Origin: Vampirovibrionaceae bacterium NZW_1234
Lineage (GTDB): Bacteria; Cyanobacteriota; Vampirovibrionia; Vampirovibrionales; JAGQHJ01
Assembly (NCBI GenBank): GCA_041697335.1
Contig: JBGUGD010000004.1
Location: forward strand, 64,001 to 128,000
Direction of reading: 5' to 3'
DNA length: 64,000 nucleotides
The notes under the pieces were generated by a model. That model saw nothing but the letters and a program-made list of their open reading frames with translations. It had not been told where the DNA came from and searched no databases. The translations under genes and the position numbers were made by a program. Below, piece by piece: positions 53,059 to 62,899 of this stretch (its first letter is position 1; each line of letters starts with the position of its first letter).

Positions 53059-54957
53059 GTGTCGGATCTCATTCATAACTGCATCTGGTTGATACCGGTA
53101 TACCCCCTGATTGCCTTTATCTTGATCGTTCTGGGGCGTTGGACTGGAATTATGCCTCCCAAAAGCGGCAAATCGTTGGTGATTGCGTCGACCTTTTTGG
53201 GATTGGTTCATACATTGTTGTTCTGGGCACAATGGGGCCCGGGGTATTCTCCCGTTGAAGTCAACTGGAACTGGCTGCAAGCCGGTCCCTTGCAGTTACC
53301 TATGGGTTACTATATTGATTCTGCCGGGATGATGATGCTCCTGGTTGTGACTTCAGTCAGCATGCTCATTCAAATTTACACCCACGGCTATATGTCCCAC
53401 GATCCAGGCTATAGCCGTTTTTATGCCTATCTGGCGTTGTTCAACTTCTCCATGCTCTCCCTGGTTCTTAGCTCTAACCTCTTCCAGATGTATGTGTTCT
53501 GGGAATTGGTCGGGGTTAGCAGCTTCTTGCTCATCGGCTTCTGGTTTACTCGTCCTTCGGCTGCAGCGGCGGCTGTTAAGGCCTTCCTGATGAACCGAAT
53601 TGGTGACTTTGGGTTGCTGGTCGGGATTTTGACGTTGCTCTACTTCAGTTGGGATTACTGGGCCGGCCCCGTGCTGACCTTCTCCCACATGGGTGGAGCC
53701 GCTCAAGTGGCGTTAGCTGCAGCCGGTCCGATGGCTTTTACCATTATGTGCCTGCTAGTCTTTCTGGGGCCTGTTGCCAAGAGTGCCCAGTTGCCCCTAC
53801 ATACCTGGTTGCCTGATGCAATGGAGGGTCCGACACCTATTAGCGCCCTCATTCACGCAGCGACCATGGTTGCTGCCGGTGTTTTCCTGGTGGCTCGGAT
53901 GTACCCGGTCTTTACCCTCTCTCCTACGGCAATGACCGTTATTGCCTGGGTGGGTGCACTGACGGCCTTTGTCGCTGCTACCATTGCCTTGACTCAGGTT
54001 GATATTAAAAAGGCCCTGGCCTACTCCACCATGTCCCAGTTGGGGTATATGGTGATGGCGATGGGGATTGGTGCTTTCTCGGCTGGGTTGTTTCACCTGA
54101 TGACCCATGCGTTCTTTAAGGCGATGTTGTTCTTATGCTCTGGTAGTGTGATTCATGGCTGCCACGATGAGCAAGATATGCGTCGGATGGGCGGCTTATG
54201 GAAGTACATGCCCATTACAGCGGCCACCTATTTAATCGGGACCGTCGCCATTACCGGGGTACTTCCCTTTAGTGGCTTCTGGTCGAAGGATGAAATTATT
54301 GCCGCCACGGCCAGCTACCCGCTGCTGTTTGGGTTGGCGGTAGCTACGGCTGGTATGACGGCGTTCTATATGTTCCGGACCTACTTTATGACCTTCCATG
54401 GCAAGTATCGGGGTGAAGGTCATCCTCACGAGTCTCCTGCCGTCATGTGGGTCCCCTTGGCCGTTTTGGCTGTGCCGTCGATCCTAATCGGCGCCATTCT
54501 TTCAGGGCAATTTGGTTTCCCTGGCTTCGGCGAGTTGGTCTACTTCGGTCATCACCCTCATCACGAAGAGTTGAACCTAGCAGTGATGGGCCTGTCGGTC
54601 TTTATTGCCCTCGGTGGCTTGGCTACGGCATGGCTGATGTATGGTGGTCCTAACGTGATCAGTCCTGACTGGTTCCGCAAGACCTTCCAACCGGTCTACA
54701 CGCTTTTGTGGAACAAGTGGTTCTTTGATGATGCTTATACAAGCATTGCCACCAAAATTTATTTGCCTTTTGCTGCTCTGTCCTCCTGGTTTGATCGGAC
54801 AGTGATTGACGGTCTGGTAGGCTTGTCGGCCAGCACCGTCAATGTCAGCGGCAGTGCAATGAGAACGTTACAGAGTGGACGGGTACAGACCTATGTGGCA
54901 CTGTTTGTGGCAGGCCTTCTGGTATTGGCCCTGGTCCTTTGGAAATGGATGGTATAA
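53059..54957 (+). CDS. nuoL: subunit L (NdhF)
   Basis: KSAQLPLHTWLPDAMEGPTPISALIHAATMV. Confidence 0.97.
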   Translation: MSDLIHNCIWLIPVYPLIAFILIVLGRWTGIMPPKSGKSLVIASTFLGLVHTLLFWAQWGPGYSPVEVNWNWLQAGPLQLPMGYYIDSAGMMMLLVVTSVSMLIQIYTHGYMSHDPGYSRFYAYLALFNFSMLSLVLSSNLFQMYVFWELVGVSSFLLIGFWFTRPSAAAAAVKAFLMNRIGDFGLLVGILTLLYFSWDYWAGPVLTFSHMGGAAQVALAAAGPMAFTIMCLLVFLGPVAKSAQLPLHTWLPDAMEGPTPISALIHAATMVAAGVFLVARMYPVFTLSPTAMTVIAWVGALTAFVAATIALTQVDIKKALAYSTMSQLGYMVMAMGIGAFSAGLFHLMTHAFFKAMLFLCSGSVIHGCHDEQDMRRMGGLWKYMPITAATYLIGTVAITGVLPFSGFWSKDEIIAATASYPLLFGLAVATAGMTAFYMFRTYFMTFHGKYRGEGHPHESPAVMWVPLAVLAVPSILIGAILSGQFGFPGFGELVYFGHHPHHEELNLAVMGLSVFIALGGLATAWLMYGGPNVISPDWFRKTFQPVYTLLWNKWFFDDAYTSIATKIYLPFAALSSWFDRTVIDGLVGLSASTVNVSGSAMRTLQSGRVQTYVALFVAGLLVLALVLWKWMV

Positions 54958-54969
54958 GGAGTTTTATCA

Positions 54970-56580
54970 GTGGAAAACATTCCGATTCTCTCAATTCTGA
55001 TTTTCCTGCCAATCGTGTATGCACTGATAATTCCGTTCCTACCGGATGACAACAAAGTGCTCAACACCTTTAGTACGGTTGGTTCCGGTTTGTTATTTGT
55101 GTTGTCTGCCTTGTTTTGGTGGCTTTCTGCTGGGCACGCCCCGATGGAAACCCGGGCTTGGTTGCCGCAACTCCATATTAACTACAGTGTGGGCGCAGAT
55201 TCCCTAAGCTGGTTGTTGGTGGTCCTCACCACCTTCCTACTTTTTATGGCTGTGATTGCCAGCTATACTTCGATTCATAAGCGTCTCAAGCTGTATTATT
55301 CGATGATTTTCGTGCTGACGACCTCGATTCTTGGGGTTTTCCTGGCTCGAGATCTCTTCTTGTTCTTCCTGTTCTGGGAATTGGAACTGATTCCCATGTA
55401 CCTGCTCATCGCCATTTGGGGCGGGCCTCGTCGTGAATTTGCTGCTATTAAGTTTGTGTTGTACACCCTTTTTGGCAGTATTTTTATGTTTGCTGCGATT
55501 TTGGGTGCGTTCTTCTTGGCTGGAACCTTTATGGGCCAAAATACCTTTGCCTTCGATCAACTGGCAAACCTCTCCGGCAGTGGTGTTGCGGTCACGGCAC
55601 AGATCCTCTTGTTTCTGGGCTTTTTCCTGGCCTTCGCCATCAAGTTACCGATGGTGCCGTTTCATACCTGGTTGCCCGATGCCCACGTTGAAGCTCCAAC
55701 CCCGATCAGTATGCTTCTGGCAGGCATATTGCTGAAAATGGGTGCCTACGGGATGGTTCGTTTCTGCTTTGGCTGGTTTCCCCAGGCCGCCGAAATCCTG
55801 GCGCCCTACCTGGTGCTGTTGGGCATGATCAATATTATCTACACGGCCGGAGTTGCCATGGTTCAGGCGGATCTCAAGAAGCTGATTGCCTATAGCAGTG
55901 TCAGCCACATGGGTTTCGTGCTTCTGGGCTTAGGGGCCTTGAATGCCGTTGGGATTAAAGGTGCCATTTTCCAAATGATAAGTCACGGCCTGATCAGTGC
56001 CGGACTCTTTATGATTGTGGGCACGTTGTACAACCGCACCCATACCCGGATGATTGCTGAAATGGGCGGCTTTGGGAAAAACTTGCCGACGATTTATTTC
56101 TTTGCCTTATTGATTGCCTTGGCCAGCTTGGGTTTACCTTTGTTGGCGGGCTTTCCGGCAGAAACCCTGGTCTTCTATGGTGCGTTTCTGTCCAAGGCCT
56201 TTGATGTTATTCCCTGGTTTGGTGGCGCACAGCTGAACTTGTCCATCCAGACTCTTACCGTGATTTCGGCTGTGGGTGTTGTTTTGGGCGCCGCTTATCT
56301 TTTGTGGATGTTACAGCGTGTCTTTATGGGCCCGCTTTTCCCCAAGTGGGGCGATCTCAAAGATGCTTCCGTCAGCGAGGTCTTTGTTCTGTCTGGGTTG
56401 GCCCTGCCCATTCTGATCTTTGGGCTGGTTCCCGGCTGGATTGCCGACCCCTTGGAGTCGGTGTCGGTGGACTTAAGCAAGCCCTTTGGCGTTCAGACTG
56501 AAGCGGTCTTGCCTCCAGCCAAACCCAACTACGTTTCCACTGCCGCCTTGGCGGATCAGCGTGAAGGAGAATCACACTAA
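54970..56580 (+). CDS. nuoM: subunit M (NdhD)
   Basis: KLPMVPFHTWLPDAHVEAP, AYSSVSHMG. Confidence 0.97.
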   Translation: MENIPILSILIFLPIVYALIIPFLPDDNKVLNTFSTVGSGLLFVLSALFWWLSAGHAPMETRAWLPQLHINYSVGADSLSWLLVVLTTFLLFMAVIASYTSIHKRLKLYYSMIFVLTTSILGVFLARDLFLFFLFWELELIPMYLLIAIWGGPRREFAAIKFVLYTLFGSIFMFAAILGAFFLAGTFMGQNTFAFDQLANLSGSGVAVTAQILLFLGFFLAFAIKLPMVPFHTWLPDAHVEAPTPISMLLAGILLKMGAYGMVRFCFGWFPQAAEILAPYLVLLGMINIIYTAGVAMVQADLKKLIAYSSVSHMGFVLLGLGALNAVGIKGAIFQMISHGLISAGLFMIVGTLYNRTHTRMIAEMGGFGKNLPTIYFFALLIALASLGLPLLAGFPAETLVFYGAFLSKAFDVIPWFGGAQLNLSIQTLTVISAVGVVLGAAYLLWMLQRVFMGPLFPKWGDLKDASVSEVFVLSGLALPILIFGLVPGWIADPLESVSVDLSKPFGVQTEAVLPPAKPNYVSTAALADQREGESH

Positions 56581-58124
56581 TGTTTGATATGAGTTTGAGT
56601 CAACTGGGGCAACAGAACCTCATTTATCTCTTGCCGGAAGGCATCTTAACCCTGGGGTTGATGCTGGTCATTGTTCTGACGGTGGTTTCTCATCAGAAGA
56701 CAGTGCAGGAAAATGACGCATTAATGCAGACCTCCCTGGTCACTGTCTTGTTGTCCTTGGGGGCGCTGGTATGGACTCATGTGAATGCACCGCTCACCAC
56801 GGCTCAGTCTGTGGCGTTTGGCAGTTTGACGGCAGATTTGCTTGGGGTGCTTGTGCGTGCCGTTTTATTGGCCGGTGCTGGTATTACGATTGCCATTTCC
56901 CATCGATTTCTGCAGCAAAACACACGAATCATCAGTGACTTTTATGTCTTGATTATGGGAGCCACCCTGGGTGGGATGGTTCTGACGATGGCTTCGGACT
57001 TGATTGCTGTCTTCGTTGCGCTGGAGACCATGAGTATTACCTCCTTCATCTTGGCCGGGTATTTGCGCAAAAATAACCGCAGCGCCGAAGCATCTTTTAA
57101 ATACCTCATTTACGGTGGCGTGGGCACAGCGGTCTTTCTCTTTGGCTTGTCTTTGATCTACGGTCTGACGGGCTCTACCAATTTCTCTGAAATTGGCATG
57201 GCCATGGCTCAGTACCAAGGGGTCGCTCATCCGACGCTGGTGGTCATTATGCTGATGGTGGCTGCTGCCTTGGCTTACAAGCTTTCGATTGCCCCGTTCC
57301 ATATGTGGGCGCCTGATGTGTACGAGGGGGCTCCTACTCCCGTATCGGCCTTCTTGTCTGTGGTGTCTAAAACGGCCGCCTTTGCCGTGACCATTCGGTT
57401 GCTGGTCATCATCTTTTCCGGCTTTGCCGCCTGGCCATTGTTATGGGGCATTCTTGCGGTCTTGTCCATGACGATTGGAAACTTCGTGGCCTTGAAACAA
57501 ACCAACATTAAGCGTCTGTTGGCATACAGTACCGTGGCCCATGCCGGCTACATGCTTTTGGGCTTGGTGTCCGGAACTACTGTTAGCGTGGGCAGCATCC
57601 TGTTCTATTTGGTGACCTATCTGTTTATGAACCTGGGTGCCTTTGCTTCAGCCATTGCCTTTAGCAATATGACCCATACCGATGAAATCAATGCTTACCA
57701 GGGCTTGGTTTACAAACGTCCTGGTTTGGCCTTGGGGCTTAGCCTGTGTTTGCTGTCCCTGACTGGGATCCCCATTACGGCGGGTTTCTTTGCCAAGTTC
57801 TTTCTCTTTCAGGCCGTTGCCATGTCGGGGCCAATGTACTTGTGGTTAGTGGGCATTGCCTTGGTCAACAGCACGGTGTCGTTAGCATACTACATCAATA
57901 TCATTCGTCTGATGGTCGTTAAAGAGCCTTCAGATGCGGTTAAGGCGATTCCCGATGCGGCAGATAACCAAGCCTTATTGGAAACCACTTTGGCCGTCTG
58001 CGTGGTGATGACCCTGGTGTTGGGTATCTTTGCTTCACCGGTACTTGAATTCAGCAAGAATTCTATTGAGCAACTGGCGCAAGAGCGTCCGACGGTTGTC
58101 GGCCTAGCACCGGTGTCGAAATAA
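56580..58124 (+). CDS. nuoN: subunit N (NdhB)
   Basis: PFHMWAPDVYEGAPTP, KRLLAYSTVAHAGY. Confidence 0.97.
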   Translation: MFDMSLSQLGQQNLIYLLPEGILTLGLMLVIVLTVVSHQKTVQENDALMQTSLVTVLLSLGALVWTHVNAPLTTAQSVAFGSLTADLLGVLVRAVLLAGAGITIAISHRFLQQNTRIISDFYVLIMGATLGGMVLTMASDLIAVFVALETMSITSFILAGYLRKNNRSAEASFKYLIYGGVGTAVFLFGLSLIYGLTGSTNFSEIGMAMAQYQGVAHPTLVVIMLMVAAALAYKLSIAPFHMWAPDVYEGAPTPVSAFLSVVSKTAAFAVTIRLLVIIFSGFAAWPLLWGILAVLSMTIGNFVALKQTNIKRLLAYSTVAHAGYMLLGLVSGTTVSVGSILFYLVTYLFMNLGAFASAIAFSNMTHTDEINAYQGLVYKRPGLALGLSLCLLSLTGIPITAGFFAKFFLFQAVAMSGPMYLWLVGIALVNSTVSLAYYINIIRLMVVKEPSDAVKAIPDAADNQALLETTLAVCVVMTLVLGIFASPVLEFSKNSIEQLAQERPTVVGLAPVSK

Positions 58125-59475
58125 GATACTGATTCAACGCTTTTTCTGCATTTTCTCTGAGCCGTTCATTGCGAACGGCTCGGTCTTTTATGGGGGGCTC
58201 CAAGGCCGGTAAGATGCCCCAATTGCTGTTAATGGGTTGAAAATGCTTGACCCCAGGGCGGGTAATATACTCGAACAGGGCTCCCATCATGCACTCTGTG
58301 GGGTAGGGTGTCGGGGATTCCCCATGCAAGGCTTGAACTACGCTGAGGCTGGCTCGAAGACCTGAGGCAATGGATTCGGTATAGCCTTCCACACCTGACA
58401 GTTGTCCTGCGATGAGAATATGAGGGTAAGTCCGAAGTTGCATGGTCGGGTTCAAAACCTCGGGGCTGTTGAGGAAGGTGTTCCGATGCATGACCCCGAA
58501 TCTGACGACTTCGGCCTGTTCCAAGCCCGGAATCATCTGGATCATTTCTTTTTGCGGCCCCCACTTGATGTTGGTTTGAAAGCCGACAATGTTATACAGG
58601 GTCCCAGCCAGGTTGTCCTGTCGAAGTTGAATAACAGCATAGGGACGCTTGCCAGTTCTGGGGTCGACAATGCCGACAGGTTTCATGGGGCCGTAGCGAG
58701 GGGTGTCTTTCCCCCGTCGAGCCAACTCTTCAATGGGCAGACAGCTTTCAAAAAAGCGGGTGTCTGAGGCCTCAAAGTCTTTCAGCTCGGATTTTTCCGA
58801 ACTCAGGATGAAGTCAATGAGAGCCTCGTATTGGGCCTTATCCAAGGGGCAGTTGATGTAGCTGCCTTCATCATCTCTGGGGCTCTCTTCTGTGGAGCCT
58901 TCAGTCTGGGCGGATTTGTTGTAGCGGTTTTGGTAAAAGGCAATATCAAAGTTGATGGAGTCGCGGACAATAATGGGGGCTGCTGCATCAAAGAAATACA
59001 GCTGCTTTTGGTTGAGAAGGCGTTGTAGCGTGTCTACCAGGCCTGGCGAAGTCAGTGGGCCTGTGGCAATAATTACATAATCCGCATCTGGTGGGATGTC
59101 TGTGATATCAGCGGATTCTCGCGTAATCCAAGGGGACTCGTCAACGAGGCGGGTGACTTCCCGGGTAAACTGATCCCGGTCCACGGCCAGGGCATTGCCC
59201 GCGGGAACCGCAATACGATCGGCCAACTGAATCAACTGGCAGTCGAGGGTCCTTAGTTCCTGCTTCAGCAGGCCGCTTGCGGTTGAGGGTTGCAGGTTTC
59301 CGAAACTGTTGCTGCAGACGATTTCGGCAAGAGTATCCGAGTGATGGGCAGGCGATCGTTTAAGGGGTTTCATGTCGTAGAGAGTTACCGGAATGTGGCG
59401 TTTAGCCAGTTGCAGGGCTGCTTCCGAGCCGGCGAGGCCTCCGCCAATGATGATGATCTTAGGGTGTTGCGACAT
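58063..59475 (-). CDS. trmFO: tRNA (uracil-54) folate/FAD-dependent methyltransferase
   Basis: GGGLAGSEAA, AEIVCSNS, FFDAAAP, GFQTNIKWG, GVMHRN, GVEGY. Confidence 0.96.
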   Translation of the reverse strand: MSQHPKIIIIGGGLAGSEAALQLAKRHIPVTLYDMKPLKRSPAHHSDTLAEIVCSNSFGNLQPSTASGLLKQELRTLDCQLIQLADRIAVPAGNALAVDRDQFTREVTRLVDESPWITRESADITDIPPDADYVIIATGPLTSPGLVDTLQRLLNQKQLYFFDAAAPIIVRDSINFDIAFYQNRYNKSAQTEGSTEESPRDDEGSYINCPLDKAQYEALIDFILSSEKSELKDFEASDTRFFESCLPIEELARRGKDTPRYGPMKPVGIVDPRTGKRPYAVIQLRQDNLAGTLYNIVGFQTNIKWGPQKEMIQMIPGLEQAEVVRFGVMHRNTFLNSPEVLNPTMQLRTYPHILIAGQLSGVEGYTESIASGLRASLSVVQALHGESPTPYPTECMMGALFEYITRPGVKHFQPINSNWGILPALEPPIKDRAVRNERLRENAEKALNQYLISTPVLGRQPSDALAPVAQ

Positions 59476-59650
59476 CCGGGATTCATCTCCTGATTGTGTG
59501 ACACGACATCTGTAAAGCTGATTGTAGCGCAATTGTCTTAGACTGAAAATCACAACAGAAAGATGAGAGGCCAACTTCAGGCCGTCTTTTCTGAGGCATT
59601 GCCCATCAAGAGGCGTTTACCACAAATATTAATAAAATCTTAGGATCACT

Positions 59651-59680
59651 AGCACAAAACCTTAAGAAATTGTTTTTATA
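59651..59680 (+). promoter_or_regulatory. recurrent promoter-like motif, copy 5
   Basis: AGCA-N16-TGTTTTTATA. Confidence 0.55.
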
Positions 59681-59787
59681 TAAATAAGTTAAATTCTCTC
59701 TTCTTCAGTTTAGTTTGTTATCTCTTTTTTTAAATATCTCTCTTTTAGGTACTTCTTGTTAGGAATATTGAGTTAGGAGTTGCTTCG

Positions 59788-60123
59788 ATGAGTTTCGCTG
59801 CATCGGTTGCACGCGATTTGCTGCTGACGGCACGCAATGCGGATCTGGAATTTCAAATCAATTTGCTGAGTGAAAATCTTCAGCAGTTAACGGCAGTCGC
59901 CGCCAGTTTATTTTCACTGGCTGCAAACATCCAGCCGGGAAGTCCGGAATCGCAATTATTGTCGGTTCGCCAAGCACAGTTAGCCCAGGTCGAAAAAGGG
60001 ATTGAAATCCAGTTGGACAAAGTTCGGTCGCAACAAAAAGCGGTTGCGGCAGAGATTGAAGCCGTTCGTAAGACCATTACGGATGACATCAATCGCTCCT
60101 TCAAAACCTTTGCCAACGCATAG
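59788..60123 (+). CDS. small helical-hairpin / coiled-coil protein
   Basis: GAGTTAGGAG RBS; two amphipathic helices around a PGSP turn. Confidence 0.8.
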   Translation: MSFAASVARDLLLTARNADLEFQINLLSENLQQLTAVAASLFSLAANIQPGSPESQLLSVRQAQLAQVEKGIEIQLDKVRSQQKAVAAEIEAVRKTITDDINRSFKTFANA

Positions 60124-60212
60124 AGTTCTCTTTTTCATCAGGTTCAACAGTCGCATCGCACACAGAAACGATTTATAATAACCCCATCCACATTGATGAG
60201 GTCAGCCTGCCT

Positions 60213-61100
60213 ATGCGGATTGGGTATCTTGGCCCCGCGGGGTCCCATTCTCAAGTCGCCGCTGAAATGTTTGCTCAGCGGTATGTTTCACATGGAGACA
60301 ATACCTCTCTTTTACCAGTACCGATGATGAGTTTCCGGCAGATTTTGGATGCCGTGGATGAAGGTGCCCTGGATTTGGCCTGTGTCCCTGTTGAGAATGC
60401 CCTGGAAGGGTCTGTGGGAGAAGTCTTGGACAGTTTGGCGTTGAAGCTGTCACGAACCCAGATTGTGGCCGAGTTTGTGATGCCTATCCAGCATGCATTG
60501 ATTCGAAAGTATGAGTTCATGGAAGGCATTGCCTTTGTTCATTCGCATCCGCAAGCCATCGGGCAATGCCGGGATGCCGTGTATGAGCTGTTCGGCACCG
60601 ATGTGAAATTTATTCCTGCTGCATCTACCTCCGAGGCGGTTAAAGCGTTGTTAACGTTGGATGAAACCCATGCGGCCATTGGCTCCTGTAAAGCGGCACA
60701 GCATTACGGCTTGGAAGTGTTGATTGAAAATCTTGGAAACAACACCCGAAACGCCACACGATTTCTGGTCCTTTCCAGTCAGTCCCCTCAGTCCTTGGCA
60801 CACTTGGAGGCAGGGCCTGGTATGATGAAAACATCCTTGTGTCTTGGAATGCATGAAAACAAGCCAGGCGCCCTTTTAGAGGTGCTCATGCTCTTTGCCG
60901 AGCATCAGTTGAACATGTCTAAGATCGAGTCCCGACCCGCTAAAAAAAGTCTGGGTGACTATTTATTTTATGTCGACATTGAAGGCACGGTGCCGGTCGA
61001 GGTTATGCAAAAGCTGGAGGCAAAAACCTCGTTTTTGCGCTGCTTAGGGGTGTATCCTTCCTTAGGTCAGCTGAGCGTGGATCTGGAATCATCACTTTAA
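60213..61100 (+). CDS. pheA: prephenate dehydratase with ACT domain
   Basis: YLGPAGSHS, PVENALEG, SHPQAIGQC, TRF, KIESRP. Confidence 0.95.
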   Translation: MRIGYLGPAGSHSQVAAEMFAQRYVSHGDNTSLLPVPMMSFRQILDAVDEGALDLACVPVENALEGSVGEVLDSLALKLSRTQIVAEFVMPIQHALIRKYEFMEGIAFVHSHPQAIGQCRDAVYELFGTDVKFIPAASTSEAVKALLTLDETHAAIGSCKAAQHYGLEVLIENLGNNTRNATRFLVLSSQSPQSLAHLEAGPGMMKTSLCLGMHENKPGALLEVLMLFAEHQLNMSKIESRPAKKSLGDYLFYVDIEGTVPVEVMQKLEAKTSFLRCLGVYPSLGQLSVDLESSL

Positions 61101-61120
61101 TCGTGCGAGGGCTACAAAAT

Positions 61121-61153
61121 AAAAACCGCCGATTCCGTGAGGTCCTGGCGGGT
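61121..61153 (-). terminator. putative terminator
   Basis: CCGCC...GGCGG stem with T-run on the minus strand. Confidence 0.55.
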
Positions 61154-61209
61154 AGGGTCGTATGTGTGTAGGGATGTGTATTGAGTTAAAAGTAGGTGGG
61201 TTTTGATAT

Positions 61210-61761
61210 CTAGTGTTGCGGATCCTGATAAATGGCGTGGTATATCTCCGATTTCAACCGGGCTAGTGTCTCGGGTGATTCGATGGGCCATGGTGTGCTA
61301 ATAATCACCACAGGGCCACTTGGGCGCCAACAGACACGATGGGCAATGGCAGAATTTGCCAAGGGGTTGCCGACGGTGCCGTTTTTCAGGATGTAGGGGA
61401 TGGCAAGTTTCGGGGTTCCTCCTTCAAAATAGGTATACAGACGTGGAAAGGTCACGTCGCATGCATCACTCTCGAGGCTACTATGGGCAGCCAGCGAGTC
61501 TGGAATGGTCATGCCAGAGGGGTTGCCATAAGCGCCCAGCGTCGAGTGGCGGTGTTTCCGGCGAGTATCGACACCACCCAAAGGACGGTGAAATCCTTGC
61601 CCGGAAAGACGTTTCGATCGGATGGACGGGGTTCCCATTCCGTGATGGTATGGGGCAACACCGATGGATGTGGGAGAGTTCGTTGGAGACAAATCCGCTG
61701 AGATCGGTGTGGTGACCGAGTCGTCACAAGATGTGTTCACAAATTGAGAATGCGGATGCAC
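61210..61761 (-). CDS. hypothetical protein (reading frame uncertain)
   Basis: GTG start after a GA-rich RBS; motif copy 6 upstream; terminator downstream. Confidence 0.45.
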   Translation of the reverse strand: MHPHSQFVNTSCDDSVTTPISADLSPTNSPTSIGVAPYHHGMGTPSIRSKRLSGQGFHRPLGGVDTRRKHRHSTLGAYGNPSGMTIPDSLAAHSSLESDACDVTFPRLYTYFEGGTPKLAIPYILKNGTVGNPLANSAIAHRVCWRPSGPVVIISTPWPIESPETLARLKSEIYHAIYQDPQH

Positions 61762-61832
61762 TGAACTCTCTCTCCCTCAAAAATCTATGGCTTCTCTCTC
61801 TCGTTGCTTTCCAATCATTCGCTTTACTCCAA

Positions 61833-61862
61833 AATAAAAACAAACGCGCTGAAAAAATTGCT
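61833..61862 (-). promoter_or_regulatory. recurrent promoter-like motif, copy 6
   Basis: AGCAATTTTT-N10-TGTTTTTATT, with the same flanking 10-mers as copy 4. Confidence 0.55.
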
Positions 61863-61960
61863 AGCTCGATCCAAATCTGATAAAAAATATTCACAAAAGA
61901 TAAAGAAAACGCTCAAAAGCCGCACAGGGCTTCAAAAAGCGAAATCACATCAACGGGGTG

Positions 61961-62899
61961 TTAAAACAAGGCTTCGGGAAGCGTGGTGTTGGAGGTCGTA
62001 GTCGGAAGGGTATAAACCCCATCAGTATCGGCTTTAACACTGACAATCTTACAGTGTGAGAGTTCGGTTACCGTTTTTAAGCGCTCAAAGCACTGATGAT
62101 GACTCACAGAGCTTGGGGTAAAAACGGCCAGGGTTGAGCCAGAGCCGCTAATCACTGAGCCCATGGCTGTAGTTTGGCTTAAAGCCTCTTTTAAAACAGG
62201 CCATTCCGGTATCAAAGCGCCCCGAGCCGGTTCATGAATGGTGTCAGATTGCAGGGCCTCCTGAAACAGACTGGCATCCTTGTGTTCTACGGCGTAGATC
62301 CATGCGGCCATGCCACGAAGGTTTGCAACTGCCTCTTGGCGCGAGTAATGGTCTGGCAGAATGGTTCGGGCTTCATTGGTATGGAGTTTGGTGGGCGGAA
62401 TAATGAGGATGATACCCCATTCCGACGGCCACACCAGCGAGATGCGATGATCCTCACTGACACAACACTGTACTCCACCCAGTAAGGCCGGAACCACATT
62501 GTCCGGATGCCCCTCCAGCTGGATAGCCCACGGGACCAGCTGGGTCTTGGGCAGGGGATCGGGGTGCATGTGATTGGCCAGTACAAGACCAGCGACAATG
62601 GCACTGGAGCTGCTGCCCAGTCCTCGGGAAAGGGGTATGTGCCCTTCAATCACCAGACGAGCCGGAATCGGTGTTTCCTGGCGAAACTGAAAGTAAGCCG
62701 AATAGGCTTTGGCCAGCAAGTTTTCCGAGGGATCCAGAGAGAGCCCGTCTGTCTCAATACAGGTGTGTTTGGACAGTTCCACACTTAAGGTCTCGGCAGG
62801 CGCCACTTCAAAATGATTGTAGAACTGCAGGGCCATCCCCAGGGTATCAAATCCCGGGCCCAGGTTGGCCGAGGTGGCAGGAACTCTAATGCGTATCAT
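61961..62899 (-). CDS. thrB: homoserine kinase
   Basis: VPATSANLGPGFD, PLSRGLGSS, EGHPDNV, SGSGST. Confidence 0.97.
   Translation of the reverse strand: MIRIRVPATSANLGPGFDTLGMALQFYNHFEVAPAETLSVELSKHTCIETDGLSLDPSENLLAKAYSAYFQFRQETPIPARLVIEGHIPLSRGLGSSSSAIVAGLVLANHMHPDPLPKTQLVPWAIQLEGHPDNVVPALLGGVQCCVSEDHRISLVWPSEWGIILIIPPTKLHTNEARTILPDHYSRQEAVANLRGMAAWIYAVEHKDASLFQEALQSDTIHEPARGALIPEWPVLKEALSQTTAMGSVISGSGSTLAVFTPSSVSHHQCFERLKTVTELSHCKIVSVKADTDGVYTLPTTTSNTTLPEALF

Noticed and set aside
58063..58124. Convergent 3' overlaps (nuoN/trmFO; also 2670-2735)
   Set aside because: Short overlaps of non-conserved tails are common in compact genomes
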